Of a stretch of DNA of 49,853 nucleotides, positions 1 through 11,796 are shown in pieces. Each line of letters opens with the position of its first letter. Within the stretch, counting starts at the first letter, position 1. The stretch lies in contig NC_068998.1 of the NCBI RefSeq assembly GCF_001194135.2, positions 3,324,029 to 3,373,881 on the forward strand. The letters are read 5' to 3'. The position numbers and the translations under genes were made by a program. Below the pieces are notes generated by a model. The model did not search any database. It had not been told where the DNA came from and was given only the letters and a program-made list of their open reading frames with translations. This DNA comes from Octopus bimaculoides (taxonomy: Eukaryota).

Positions 1-38
<38 letters not shown>

Positions 39-96
39 TCTTTTATTCTTTTACTTGTTTCTGTCAGTTGACTGTGGCCATGCTGGAGAACCGTCT
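39..96 (-). mobile_element. 3' terminus of SINE family A
   Basis: cttttacttgtttctgtcagttgactgtggccatgctggagaaccg matches 48781-48830 and is the reverse complement of the tail at 24351-24400. Confidence 0.65.
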
Positions 97-340
97 ATAT
101 ATATGTTCATGTTTTTTGTTGGAAAGCAACTCAATATTGTAAATATTACTAATATCCTATACTTAATGTAAGCATGCTGTTAAAGGCTCGTAGCTGCGTT
201 ATTTCCTTTAAGGGTCGGGGTCCCTTAGAAAACACAGGATAAGTCAATACTAGGCGAAACGAAACCACACTGGAATTGAACGAGAACGACATATATCAAT
301 ATTTCACAGTATTTTCTGCTCATCAGCTCCATATTCTTAC

Positions 341-833
341 CTCACTTCCGAAATGAATACGAATTTCCAGCCAGACGTATATACAGATAGCATAAAATGT
401 ATCTCTCCAGGACGGTTTCATTTCCCGTAGCTGTGAAGCATACAGTGGTTTTCTTTTGACAATATACATCTTTAACGGGACCGCCCTCACATGAAATGGT
501 GTTTATGAACGTATTCCATAACAGACGGATTTTTCTAAGTTTATTTCAGGACAGTATTTTTTACAGATTCGGGCAAAAAGTTTGTAGAATGCTATGCAAA
601 GCTCATCCACAGCTATTGGCTACCTGATGTCATCATACAGTGGAAATGCTCCTGCTATTGAATATACATCAGAAATTCCATAGTATCTGTCTTCAATTCG
701 AAATAAAAGTGCTTTCCCCATTGTTTCTGTTAAGTCGCTATGTCTATACGATGTGTATTTTGAGTTATTGAAATTGTAGCGATTGTTCAGTTTTCGTTTT
801 TGTTCTACCGGTTCTTCCCATTGTTCTCGCATT
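341..833 (-). pseudogene. Decayed reading frame of about 164 codons with two in-frame stops; unidentified, possibly an old non-LTR reverse transcriptase fragment
   Basis: The frame of ORF 620-832 continues past TAG (620-622) and TAA (503-505) to 341: ...GAFPLYDDIR*PIAVDELCIAFYKLFARICKKYCPEINLEKSVCYGIRS*TPFHVRAVPLKMYIVKRKPLYASQLREMKPSW... Confidence 0.3.
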
Positions 834-1541
834 CTGAAGTTGATTTGATTATATATTTTATTATTTAATTGTATTAATTTTTATTCCCAGAAAAAAATAA
901 ATCGACTTCACATTTTGAAACTCTAATATTTAATCACGGAAACATTTAGCATAAAATTNNNNNNNNNNNNNNNNNNNNNNNNNNNNNNNNNNNNNNNNNN
1001 NNNNNNNNNNNNNNNNNNNNNNNNNNNNNNNNNNNNNNNNNNNNNNNNNNNNNNNNNNNNNNNNNNNNNNNNNNNNNNNNNNNNNNNNNNNNNNNNNNNN
1101 NNNNNNNNNNNNNNNNNNNNNNNNNNNNNNNACACACACACACACACACACACAGAAAGATAAATATACATATTGATACAAATGTAAAGATAGGCACAGA
1201 TATATTTAAATTAGGGTTTGTTTTTCGCCCCACTCCACGATCTTCATCAGCTCCAGTATGTCTATCTTCACTCCACCCGCTCTATCTGATATAGGATCTA
1301 TGACATACATACATACATACATACATACATACATACATACATACATACATACATACGTACGTACGCGTGCATGTGTATGTGTGCGAATGTATGTATATAT
1401 ATATGTGTGTGTATTTACATGTGTAGGCATGTACTTATGCATGTATGCACGTATGTATGTGTGTACGTATGTATGAGTGTATATATATATATGTGTATAT
1501 ATACATATAGGTGTATGTATATATGTATCGATGTATGTGTG

Positions 1542-1602
<61 letters not shown>

Positions 1603-2301
1603 CCATGTCTGTATGCACAAATATATCTGTACACACACAAACTCACACTTGCACACACACACGCGCGCATACACACACATACACACACACGCGTGTGTGT
1701 GTGTACTTTTTTTTTAATATAAAAACATTTATATATTATATCTAAGAGATACAGAGGTACATACTGACGCATGCGCTTCTTATCAGTCTTTGAGATGTCA
1801 ACTCCAATGTAGATTGAATTTTATTTCCCTGTAATAAATACCACATTTATCTGCCCGTTCCGTCTTCATTTTCTCAGTTGGAGGGCAATCATTTTTAACT
1901 CTGTCTTGCTATCATAAATTCGAAATAGTTGCTCAATGGAATCTTGTTTAACAGATTCCTTTTCTAAATTTTATGTGTCACAAGATTGTTTTCAAGCCTC
2001 TGTTCATTTCTCTACTGACAAAAAACAAACAAACAAACAAAAAACAACCTTATATCAACGGTTATTATTTTAAATCGATTACAAAATACAATAAAGAAAG
2101 ACGATGACGTCAGAGACTATGAAGCATGAGATCGTCTGAAAAAAGAATTCAAATTTTATTCTCTCCAGCGTCGTCTTGAGTGCTTCATCATTTGTACAAT
2201 ATGGAAAACATTCCATCGATAATTTCCAAACGGAGCCAGTTCCAAGTTCAGAAGCCACCTAAGGTTACCATCATGTCATTACGCCCTTACAAAAGTCGAG
2301 C

Positions 2302-2675
2302 TCACATTACATAACAACAATGCGAAACACTGCCTACCTTGCCTACCCAGGCGGCTCGTCCCTGAGTTGTAGCCATTATTGGCCCAAGCCATGTCTAACT
2401 TAACAGAATCATCTAGAGTAGACTGTCATGTCATGTTTTAAGACATCATAGGGAGTTTTAAGACATCAATTAAGACATCAATTAGGGAGCTGTTGTTTAC
2501 CGAGATGTATCCAAGTGTTGGTGGTTTGTCTGGTATTTCTTGAAGGAATTTGTCCAGGTAGATTAAATATTATGGGGACATTTCTTTCTTTGAAGTTTCT
2601 TTCGGAAAAAATGCTAAATAATGTTGATATAAATAGTGAAAAAAAAATGTTTCGCATTGTTGTTATGTAATGTGA
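2302..2675. repeat. Perfect 28-bp inverted repeat pair (2302-2329 and 2648-2675)
   Basis: tcacattacataacaacaatgcgaaaca and its exact reverse complement tgtttcgcattgttgttatgtaatgtga. Confidence 0.85.
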
Positions 2676-3061
2676 AATTGATTTACTGCACATAAATTTT
2701 TACAATTAAATCTTTATGTGGTCACCCAAGGGCCGTAGGACCTCATTTGAGGGTCATTGGGTTAAAAGAACTGACCAACAGGTTTGGTCAGCAAAGAACA
2801 GATTTATACATTGAAGTTCATAAGTTTGGGTCACGTTTACATTTCATGTTGTAGTAGTGGTGGTCGTGGTGGCGGCGGCTTTGGTGGGGGGAGGGCCCAT
2901 TTGAAGTCTTGGGTTTGTCCCTTCGTTAGCGTCAGCAGCAACGAAACTGCTTTCTCGCCATGGCAGATACTTATCTAAACACAGTAAGTTCACTTTATAA
3001 TATATACATCGAGGGTAATTCAATACACTGGGTGTCGAATCATTTCATTTCACTATATATG

Positions 3062-3105
<44 letters not shown>

Positions 3106-3362
3106 TATTATTATTAATGTTATTATTATTATTATTATTACAACATGCATACATACATATATTATATTTATTACGCACACACACACACACACATATACTC
3201 ATATATCCATATCTGCGTGTATGTGTGCATGCATGCGTGTATATTCATGTATTGCACATATGTCAGCATGCATGCATGTACGCATGTATATATGTACATA
3301 ATCTATGTGTGTATGGGTGTCCGTATGTACTTATGTATGGGCATAAGTGTATGTATGTGTGC

Positions 3363-3394
<32 letters not shown>

Positions 3395-4210
3395 AGGTAT
3401 AAACAAAGCCACCCCAGTCAGTAGAGGTGATGATAACACAAGAGATGGTGTAGAGGACGAGACAGCTTTCCCACGCGTCTCCAGTTACATCACACTCTAC
3501 TCACCTTACATATATATAGATACAACTATGGCTGTGGTGGCGCCGCTGCAGGTGATGCTGCTGCCGCCGATGGTGTTGATGGTGGTGATGATGGTGGTGG
3601 TGATGGTGTGGTTATTGTTGTTGTTGTTGTTATCGTCGTCGGCGGTGGCGGTGGTGAAATGGTGAAATGGTGAAATTGATGCTGATTGTGGCAGAGGTGA
3701 TGGCAATGGAGGTAGAGATGGCGGCGGTGGCCTTGGTGGCGGCGGTGGTAGTGGTATTGATGGTGGCGGCGGCGGCGTCCATATCTCTCAGGACAAGGAT
3801 GATGAAGATGATGATGGTGATGACAACGACGATCACGACGACACGATGATGATGATGATGATGATGATGATGACGATGATGAAAACGATGATGATGATAA
3901 TGGTGTTTTTTAACTTTTAAGTTAGAACTGATATAGCAGAATGAGATAACGCACCATTAACCGAATAAATAAATAAATAAATAAATAAATAAATGATGCC
4001 GAGAAAAGACGCAGGGTGTGGCGGCGGCGGCGGTGGCGGGGCGTAAGTGATGAGATCATATCTCAGGTATGCTGGGTCACACACAGAGAGGAGACAGGAT
4101 TTAGACAAATGATCCGCTGTTAGTTGTGTAATGTATTGTAAACTTATACATCGGGGAACAGATGTTCACCAAACTATGATACTGTGTCGATATGTGTGTG
4201 TATGTATATA

Positions 4211-4246
<36 letters not shown>

Positions 4247-4421
4247 TGTATGTATGTATGTATGTATGTATGCATGTATCTATCAATCTATCTATCTATC
4301 TATCTATCTATGTATCTATCTATCTACCTATCTATCTATCTTTCTATGTATCTATGCATATATGTTAATAAGCGAACGCGCGCGAGTATGCATGCATATA
4401 TATATACATACATACATACAT

Positions 4422-4460
<39 letters not shown>

Positions 4461-5151
4461 NNNNNNNNNNNNNNNNNNNNNNNNNNNNNNNNNNNNNNNN
4501 NNNNNNNNNNNNNNNNNNNNNNNNNNNNNNNNNNNNNNNNNNNNNNNNNNNNNNNNNNNNNNNNNNNNNNNNNNNNNNNNNNNNNNNNNNNNNNNNNNNN
4601 NNNNNNNNNNNNNNNNNNNNNNNNNNNNNNNNNNNNNNNNNNNNNNNNNNNNNNNNNNNNNNNNNNNNNNNNNNNNNNNNNNNNNNNNNNNNNNNNNNNN
4701 NNNNNNNNNNNNNNNNNNNNNNNNNNNNNAAAACAACAAATTTTAACTTCTTGCATAGTTCGAGCCCACAGCAACATCATATCTTCTCCACTATTTAAGT
4801 ATTACGTGTCAAAAGTGAAACAAAAACACTCATGTGAAATACTTTCACTTTAAAAATGAAACTATTCCACTATTTCAGTATCAAAACTGAAACAATCACA
4901 TTTCGATACTGTAATGACAGAGAACCTCTTGGTTTCTAAATCGCTGTCTCGACTGGTTTCTCTTCCTGACCGGTTTCCAACGTAATCCACACATCTCTAT
5001 ACACTGTGTACCATAACTGTTCGTGATATGCTGGGGTTTTTTTCTGTTGTTATGTTTGCACTTGGTAGAAGTTTTTATGGGAATGTTCCACCAATATCAC
5101 TAACGCCATACCTAGGTTCTCAACATCCGGATATTTCATACATACACACAT

Positions 5152-5221
<70 letters not shown>

Positions 5222-6401
5222 GTACCTGAAAAACCAGACAATTAAAAGTCAAAATCAAAATGAGACTCCCTTATATATGTGTGTGTGTAAACATTTATGT
5301 ATGTATGTTTGAATAATAATTTATATATATACACACACATAAATATATGTGTTTATACATGCAGGTATATATATATGTGTGTATGTATGTATGTATGTAT
5401 GTATGTATGTATGTATGTATGTATGTATGCATGTATGTATACACGAGCGTGTGCACACACACACACACACACTTACACACACACTCACTTCTACAGTAGA
5501 TTATCTGATCTGAACACGTTTCATTTTCACTCTCACTCTCTCTTTCTCTTTCTCATATACACTCGTACTCACTCTCACACACATACATTCATTTACATAT
5601 ATACACACATATATATATGTATACTTTTTCTAAATTGCAAATAATATTGAAGTCATTAATTTTAATAAATTCATCTCATCCATTATCATCTTCTTTTTTT
5701 CTTTTTGTCTTTGTCTCAACAGCGTCTGTCGTCTGTATGTTTTATATTACCGATATTACACACAAAAAATCTATTAACATTTCACTGAAGAATTTCCGTA
5801 TTGGTTGGGAATTAAAGAATTGATTATGTTCCAATGAAAATAATGTTCCCATAAAAGATATATTTCAATGAAATTTCCCCTCTTTAAATCTTTTGCAGGA
5901 ATATCGGCAGAGTCCTACACATAAACTCACAACTTAGGAACTGAACCCGAATCACTGTATTAGGACGTAAAAGTGACTGTAAACGCTAAGACAGTATTTT
6001 GACATGAACTCATGACTTCAGCAAGCAGGTAGCCATTTAAGCTCTTGATAGACTCATTAAGAACTTGTTTTTATCAGTAACTCGGTTGATTGATGAAAGC
6101 AAAGACGAAGCAGATGCTTAACTTGTTAGAATTCCAGTTGTTGTAAAAAAGGTATTGGAATGTCGTTTACGACTTTGTCTTTGGTGCCATTCTTTGATCG
6201 ACCATTAAGTATATAATATAAAAGGTTGAGTCAAAATTGAGATTTGGTCGTAGAGGAAAAAGTTTACATGAAAATTTGTAGCGACGTTATAGAAGAGTAA
6301 GTAACGCCACCAGTCAAGTTTTGATCTAAATAACTTTTTTTTAATTTTAAAACAATATATTAATTTGAAATAAATATTAAGTTTAGAGATTCATATCACA
6401 G

Positions 6402-7003
6402 ACACATGTTTCTTAAGAACAAATTATGTCACCTTGAAATTGTTTGATCAAACAAGTTATGTCCCTTTAAACTTGCTTCACCAAACAAATTATGTCACGT
6501 TAAATATGTTTCATTAAACAGATTATGTCACTTTAAGCATGTTTAATCAGACACCTGGTGCCACTTTAAACATGCCACACATTGTATCAGTTTAAACATG
6601 TTTCCTCAAACATATTGTATCAATTTAAACATGTTTCGTCAAAATTATATATTTTTGAGCATGTCTGATGAAACAGTTTAGAACTCGTTATCACCGTAAA
6701 GATGTTTCATCGAAAAGTTATGTCACTTTAAGCATGTTTGATCAAACAAGTCATGACACTTGAAAAATGTTTCATTAAAGAAATTCCGCCATTTTATACA
6801 AGTTCGGTCAAGCAAGTTACGCAACTTTAAACATGCTTTTATCAAAGTAATTATGTCACCTTTAAAATGTTTTAGCAAGCAAGGTTTGTTACTATAAACA
6901 TGAATAACCAAACAAACGATCTTACCTGAGACATGTTTCATCAGACAAATTGTCACTCTAAAGACGTTTGATCAAAGAAGTTATATCATTTGAAGCATGT
7001 TTT
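6402..7003 (+). repeat. Degenerate 33-bp minisatellite, about 18 units, consensus close to aaacatgtttcatcaaacaaattatgtcacttt
   Basis: Recurrent catgttt...caaaca...ttatgtcacttt units with 33-nt periodicity in the best-preserved copies (6440-6540). Confidence 0.85.
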
Positions 7004-7943
7004 GATGATGATGATGATGATGATGTTGATGATGAAGAGGAGGAGGAGGAGCAGCAGCAGAAGGTAGAAGAGGAAGAAAAGGATGACGACGATGAAAATA
7101 CGACTGATGATGATGATGATGACGACGACGACGAAGACGTCATTGACAATAATGAGGATGATCATAAAGGGGAGGAGGAGGAGGAGCAGCAGAAGCTTGA
7201 GGAGGTGCAGGACGATGACGATGACAGCGATGGCACCGACGCCGATGCTGACGCCGACGCCGATGCTGACGCCGACGCCGATGCTGACGCCGACGCCGAT
7301 GCTGACGCCGATGCTGACGCCGATGCTGACGCCGACGCCGGTTCTGACGCTGACGATGACGACATCGTGGTCATGACTACCAAATTAATGTCGTCTAATT
7401 CAATTGTTAGACTGGAGAGAAATTTGCAAAACAGAAAAAAAACAAAGAAAAAAAGAAAACAAAATAAAACAACACTTGACCAGACATCCATCCATCAATG
7501 CATTTTATCCGTCTCTGTCTTAATCAATAGATCCAGCCATCGATCCATCCAATTAATACATTCATAGATCCATAGATCCAGCGATGCATTGATCTCTGTG
7601 TCTATCCATCCATCCATCCATCCATCCATCCATCCGTACATACATAAGTATATACATACATATACATATATGCATAATAAGTACAAACATGAGCAAATAC
7701 GTACGAACATATATATGTATATATATGTACACACGTACATATATATATACACATATACTTTTATATATAAATATATATATTCATGCATACATACATACAT
7801 ACATACATACATACATACAAGCACGTACATACATACATACATACATACATACATACATACATACATACATACATACATACATACATACAAGCACGTACAT
7901 ACATGTATCATATATACATAAATACAATTTACAATATATAGTC

Positions 7944-8097
7944 GCAGGCGTGGCTGCGTGGTAAGAAGCTTGCTTTCCAACCACATGATTCCGGGTTCAG
8001 TCCCACTGCATGTCACCCTGGGTAAGTGTCTTCTACTATAGTTACGGACAGACCAAAGCCTTGTGATTGGATTTGGTAGACGGAAACTGAAAGAAGC

Positions 8098-8141
<44 letters not shown>

Positions 8142-8310
8142 GTATGCATGTATGTATCTTTGTGTTTGTCCTCGATTACCGCTTGACAACCGGTGTTGGT
8201 GTGCTTTTGTCCTCATAAACTAGCAGTTCAGGAAAAAAGATCGAAAGAATAAGTATCACGCTTAAAAATATTAATAATGAGGTCGGTTGTTCGATTAAAA
8301 AATTCTTCAT
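7944..8310 (+). mobile_element. tRNA-derived SINE family A (CORE-like centre), near full length, with an internal (TA)n tract
   Basis: A-box-like tggctgcgtggtaag, B-box-like gggttcagtccc, CORE-like accctgggtaagtgtctt. Head matches 44675 and 15111; the 3' half matches the reverse complement of 48773-48975. Confidence 0.9.
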
Positions 8311-8312
8311 AA

Positions 8313-8455
8313 CAACGGGTACTTAATTTATCGACTCCGAAAGGATGAAAGGCAAAGTCGACCTCGGCGGAATTTGAACTCAGATCGTAAAGACAGACGA
8401 AATACCGCTAAGCATTTCGCCCGGCGTGCTAACGTTTCTGCCAGCTCACCGCCTT
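8313..8455 (-). mobile_element. SINE family B, 5' part, abutting the 3' part of SINE A
   Basis: Reverse complement reads aaggcggtgagctggcagaaacgttagc...gagttcaaattccgccgaggtcgac; same family as 37043 and 40513. Confidence 0.9.
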
Positions 8456-8477
8456 ACTTTTCTGGTAAATAATGTTA

Positions 8478-9594
8478 GAGATCAAGTTGACTAAACAACT
8501 GAAAAGACACGCTGCAATCGTTTTAAAAGCTCAGCATAGTGATGCTTCCTGAAAGTTTTCCGATCCTTCGTTGTCAAAGTTCGAAAGGAGCTGGAAACTG
8601 CCGATGGGGGAACCAATATCAGCAGCTAAACGCAAAATGCATGCATAGGGTCCTAATACCATCAGAACACATAACTGTGAACAAAAAATCCAAGAAATAA
8701 TCTATAAAAACCCTGGAAAGTCAATCGGAGCCATTAAAAAGGACCTCAAGATTTCAAAATGAACGATCAGAAGAGTTACCTAGCATGAAGACATCTGGTA
8801 CAAGTCGTATGTGATTGGGAAGGGCCAATTTACGTCGGATGTGACAAGAGATAATTGTGTGATCCGTGCAAAGCACTTGCTAAACAAGTTAAAGCACCGA
8901 GAGACTGAAATGCTTTGGTTTTTCTTCAACGAGAAAAACTACGATAATTTAAATCGAAAGGCAGACCCGAAGGAACGTCAGGTAGTTATAAAGAGACCCG
9001 AATGAGGTTCCGACTCAGCAACTGTGATTCTTCTGGGAGTGAGGGAGATGCCAAGCCCTCACTTTTTAGGGTTTAAGAGTCAATGCTGCTGTCTACACAG
9101 TGGTTTTGGAGAAAGTTGTAAAGCCTTGTATGGAGAGAGTACGCATCGGATGACCGTACGCCTTATGAGACTGTGTCGTGTCATAAGGCTAGGACAACCC
9201 AAGCATAGATGCGTGCTCATCTCCTTGATCACGTTATCCCAAACACATGACTTCCTAGCTCACCAGACTTCAATCCGCTAGACTATTACGCATGGGGCGT
9301 AGTCAAGAGAAGAGCTAATCAGCACTCCCATAACATCATACAATCTCTCCAGTCCGTCATAACCAGCACTCTGTCCAAAATTGATAAAGATCATCTGATG
9401 CGGGCATGTCAACGCTTCCGACCCCGTATTGAAGTAGCAATTGAATAGGCGTGATAAAAGGATTCCCACGATTATTTGTGCCATTTTGTTTTCAAACGCA
9501 GCTTTTCTTTGATGAGCTACGCGTCTGTTTCTAAATTCATTGAAATGATCTAAAAAAACTGACGCACGCCGTACATAGCGCTCAACTTGTTTCC
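8478..9594 (+). mobile_element. Tc1/mariner DD37D (maT)-type DNA transposon with a near full-length disabled transposase (about 8478-9460) and its 3' end
   Basis: By-eye translation: SFVVKVRKELE...KNPGKSI..IKKDLKIS..HEDIWYKSYVIGKGQF..KHLLNKLKH..MLWFFFNEKN..CHKARTTQ..SSPDFNPLDYYAWGVV..DKDHLMRACQRFRPRIE. There are 37 residues between the second catalytic position and the D of NPLD. Multiple stops and frameshifts. Confidence 0.9.
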
Positions 9595-9639
9595 TTGCCG
9601 TATGAGGGACTAAAATCACAACCTACGTAACCCCACAAC

Positions 9640-9770
9640 TGGATAGCAGTCCGTCGTAGGCTTTACTCCCCTGCAGCTGAGTGGAGTGGATTAATGGGAA
9701 ACGAAGTGTTTTGCTCAGGAACATAACGGTCATGAATGCAACAGCGTAACAGCTGGACCACGCGTCTTCG
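9640..9770 (-). mobile_element. Decayed SINE family D fragment
   Basis: Reverse complement gaagacgcgtggtcc...cgttatgttcctgagcaaaacactt...ccactcagctg resembles 30887-31020. Confidence 0.5.
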
Positions 9771-9967
9771 CGCGCTCGCACGCACACACGCACACATACA
9801 CACACACATGTACTCATAAAAATATATTATGTATGTTTGTATGTGTATGTTCATGGGTGTATATGGTGTCTGTGTGAGAGAGAGAAAGAGAGAAAGAGAG
9901 AAAGAAAGAGATAGATATATTTGGTGCAGAAGACTAAACAAAATGAAACAAACAGAAGCTGACTTGT

Positions 9968-10001
<34 letters not shown>

Positions 10002-11353
10002 ACAAACAACAAAAGCGATGAACACATCTTTCATTGATGTTGCACTTGATGTCCTCACAAACTGTTTGTTCTCTGATATTGTATTGTAGCGGTGGCGATG
10101 GCGAAGGTGGTCATGTGAACGGTGTAGGTGTAGGTGTAGGTGGTAGTAGCGGTGGCTACAGTGGGGGAGGAGATGGTGGTAGTGGTGGTGGTGGTTGTGG
10201 TGTTGGTGATATTTGATGACATTTCGGTGTAGTACTGTGCATGGTATAGTGGTAGTGCACTGTGGTGGTGGTGGTGGTTGAGGTGGTGGTGGTTGAGGTG
10301 GTTGTGGTTGTGGTGGTGATGGGGGTGTTGATGTCGGTGCTGCTGATGGTGTGATGGGGCTTGGTGCAGTGTTGTGACTTGTGCGCTCCCAGTGGTGGTG
10401 ATGGTGGTGGTGGTGGTGGCGTGGAGGAACTTGGTGCATTACTCTTTGGAGTGGTAGTGGTGGTGGTAGTGGTGGTGGTATTGCTGATGGCGTTTGGTGG
10501 TGGTAGTGTTGGTAGTGGTGGTGTGGGTGCTAGTAATGGTACGGATGGTGCTGTTGGTGGAATGATGGCGTTTAGGGCGTGCTGCTTATGGTATAGCACC
10601 AGTGCAGTGTAGTATAGACAGCGACAGTGATGGCAGTGTTGGTTGTGGTGGTAGTGGATAAGGTGGTAGAGACAGTGGTGGTGGTGGTGGCGGTGGTGGT
10701 GGCGGTGGTGATGGAGGTGATTGTGGTGATGATGATGGTGATGGTGGTGGTGGTGATGGTAGTGTANNNNNNNNNNNNNNNNNNNNNNNNNNNNNNNNNN
10801 NNNNNNNNNNNNNNNNNNNNNNNNNNNNNNNNNNNNNNNNNNNNNNNNNNNNNNNNNNNNNNNNNNNNNNNNNNNNNNNNNNNNNNNNNNNNNNNNNNNN
10901 NNNNNNNNNNNNNNAGTAGTGCGGTGGAGGTGGAGGTGAGGTGTGCTAGAGTACAATCGGGTATGTTAAAACGGTGGGAGTGGTAGTTGGAGTTAGTTAA
11001 ACTCATTAGATCGGAGTTAATTATAATTAGTTAAGAAGATTTGTTTCGGTTGAAGAAGATTGCAATCAAATTTTCTTTTTCAATCTATTTAACTATTGTT
11101 GTTGTTGTTGTTGTCATTAGGAATCATCATCACCATCATCATCATCACCATCATCATCATCACCATCATCATCATCACCATCATCATCATCACCATCATC
11201 ATCATTATTAGTATTATTATTTACATCAGTATTAATATTAATATTATTAGTATTATTAGTAAAGTTAGTTTATATTATTATTAATATTATTTTTACTGTT
11301 ATTATTATCCCTGTGCCAAAATTATAATCAGCAGCAGCAGCAGTTGCACCAGC

Positions 11354-11400
<47 letters not shown>

Positions 11401-11414
11401 CAGTAGTAGTAGTT

Positions 11415-11457
<43 letters not shown>

Positions 11458-11796
11458 CAGTAGTAGTAGTAGTAGTGGCTGCTAACGTAGAACAGAAACA
11501 TTGGTTAATTAGTAGCAGCAAAGTTCTAGTAATTCACAATTTGTTGTTGTTATTGTTGTTGTTGTTGCTGTTGTTGTTGTTGTTGGTGGTGGTGACAGTT
11601 GGTGGATGTTAAGGCTGTGGTTATCGGGTGGATAAAGAATTATTTGTGAATGTAGCTGTGGTGGTGGTGGTGGTGGTGGTGGTGGTGAACTGTAGTGGGT
11701 GTACAAGTGATAAACTCTGCTACAATCAATTTAGTTATATGTTACAATCAATATGAATTTTAAAAAAAATATTACACTTAGACCCATCCATATATA

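Noticed and set aside
1760-2260. Short minus-strand open stretches (VASELGTGSVWKLSMECFPYC...; ESVKQDSIEQLFRI...)
   Set aside because: About 60 codons or fewer, or interrupted by stops, with no family recognised.
2960-2989. Possible first coding micro-exon cgccATGG...ACA|gtaagt (MADTYLNT)
   Set aside because: Good Kozak and donor motifs, but only 8 codons and no in-phase downstream exon found; expected by chance in 50 kb. RNA-seq would be needed.
4921-5010. GAAACCGGTC palindrome on the minus strand, resembling a hammerhead 3' half
   Set aside because: No CUGANGA and no stem I or II upstream.
6402-7003. CRISPR-like or coding interpretation of the 33-bp periodic array
   Set aside because: There are no unique spacers or cas genes, the context is eukaryotic, and every frame has stops or frameshifts.
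6968-7567. 199-aa acidic ORF with (DA)n repeat
   Set aside because: Composed of GAT/GAG triplets and an 18-bp gccgac/gctgac repeat; it starts inside the minisatellite and has no recognisable domain.
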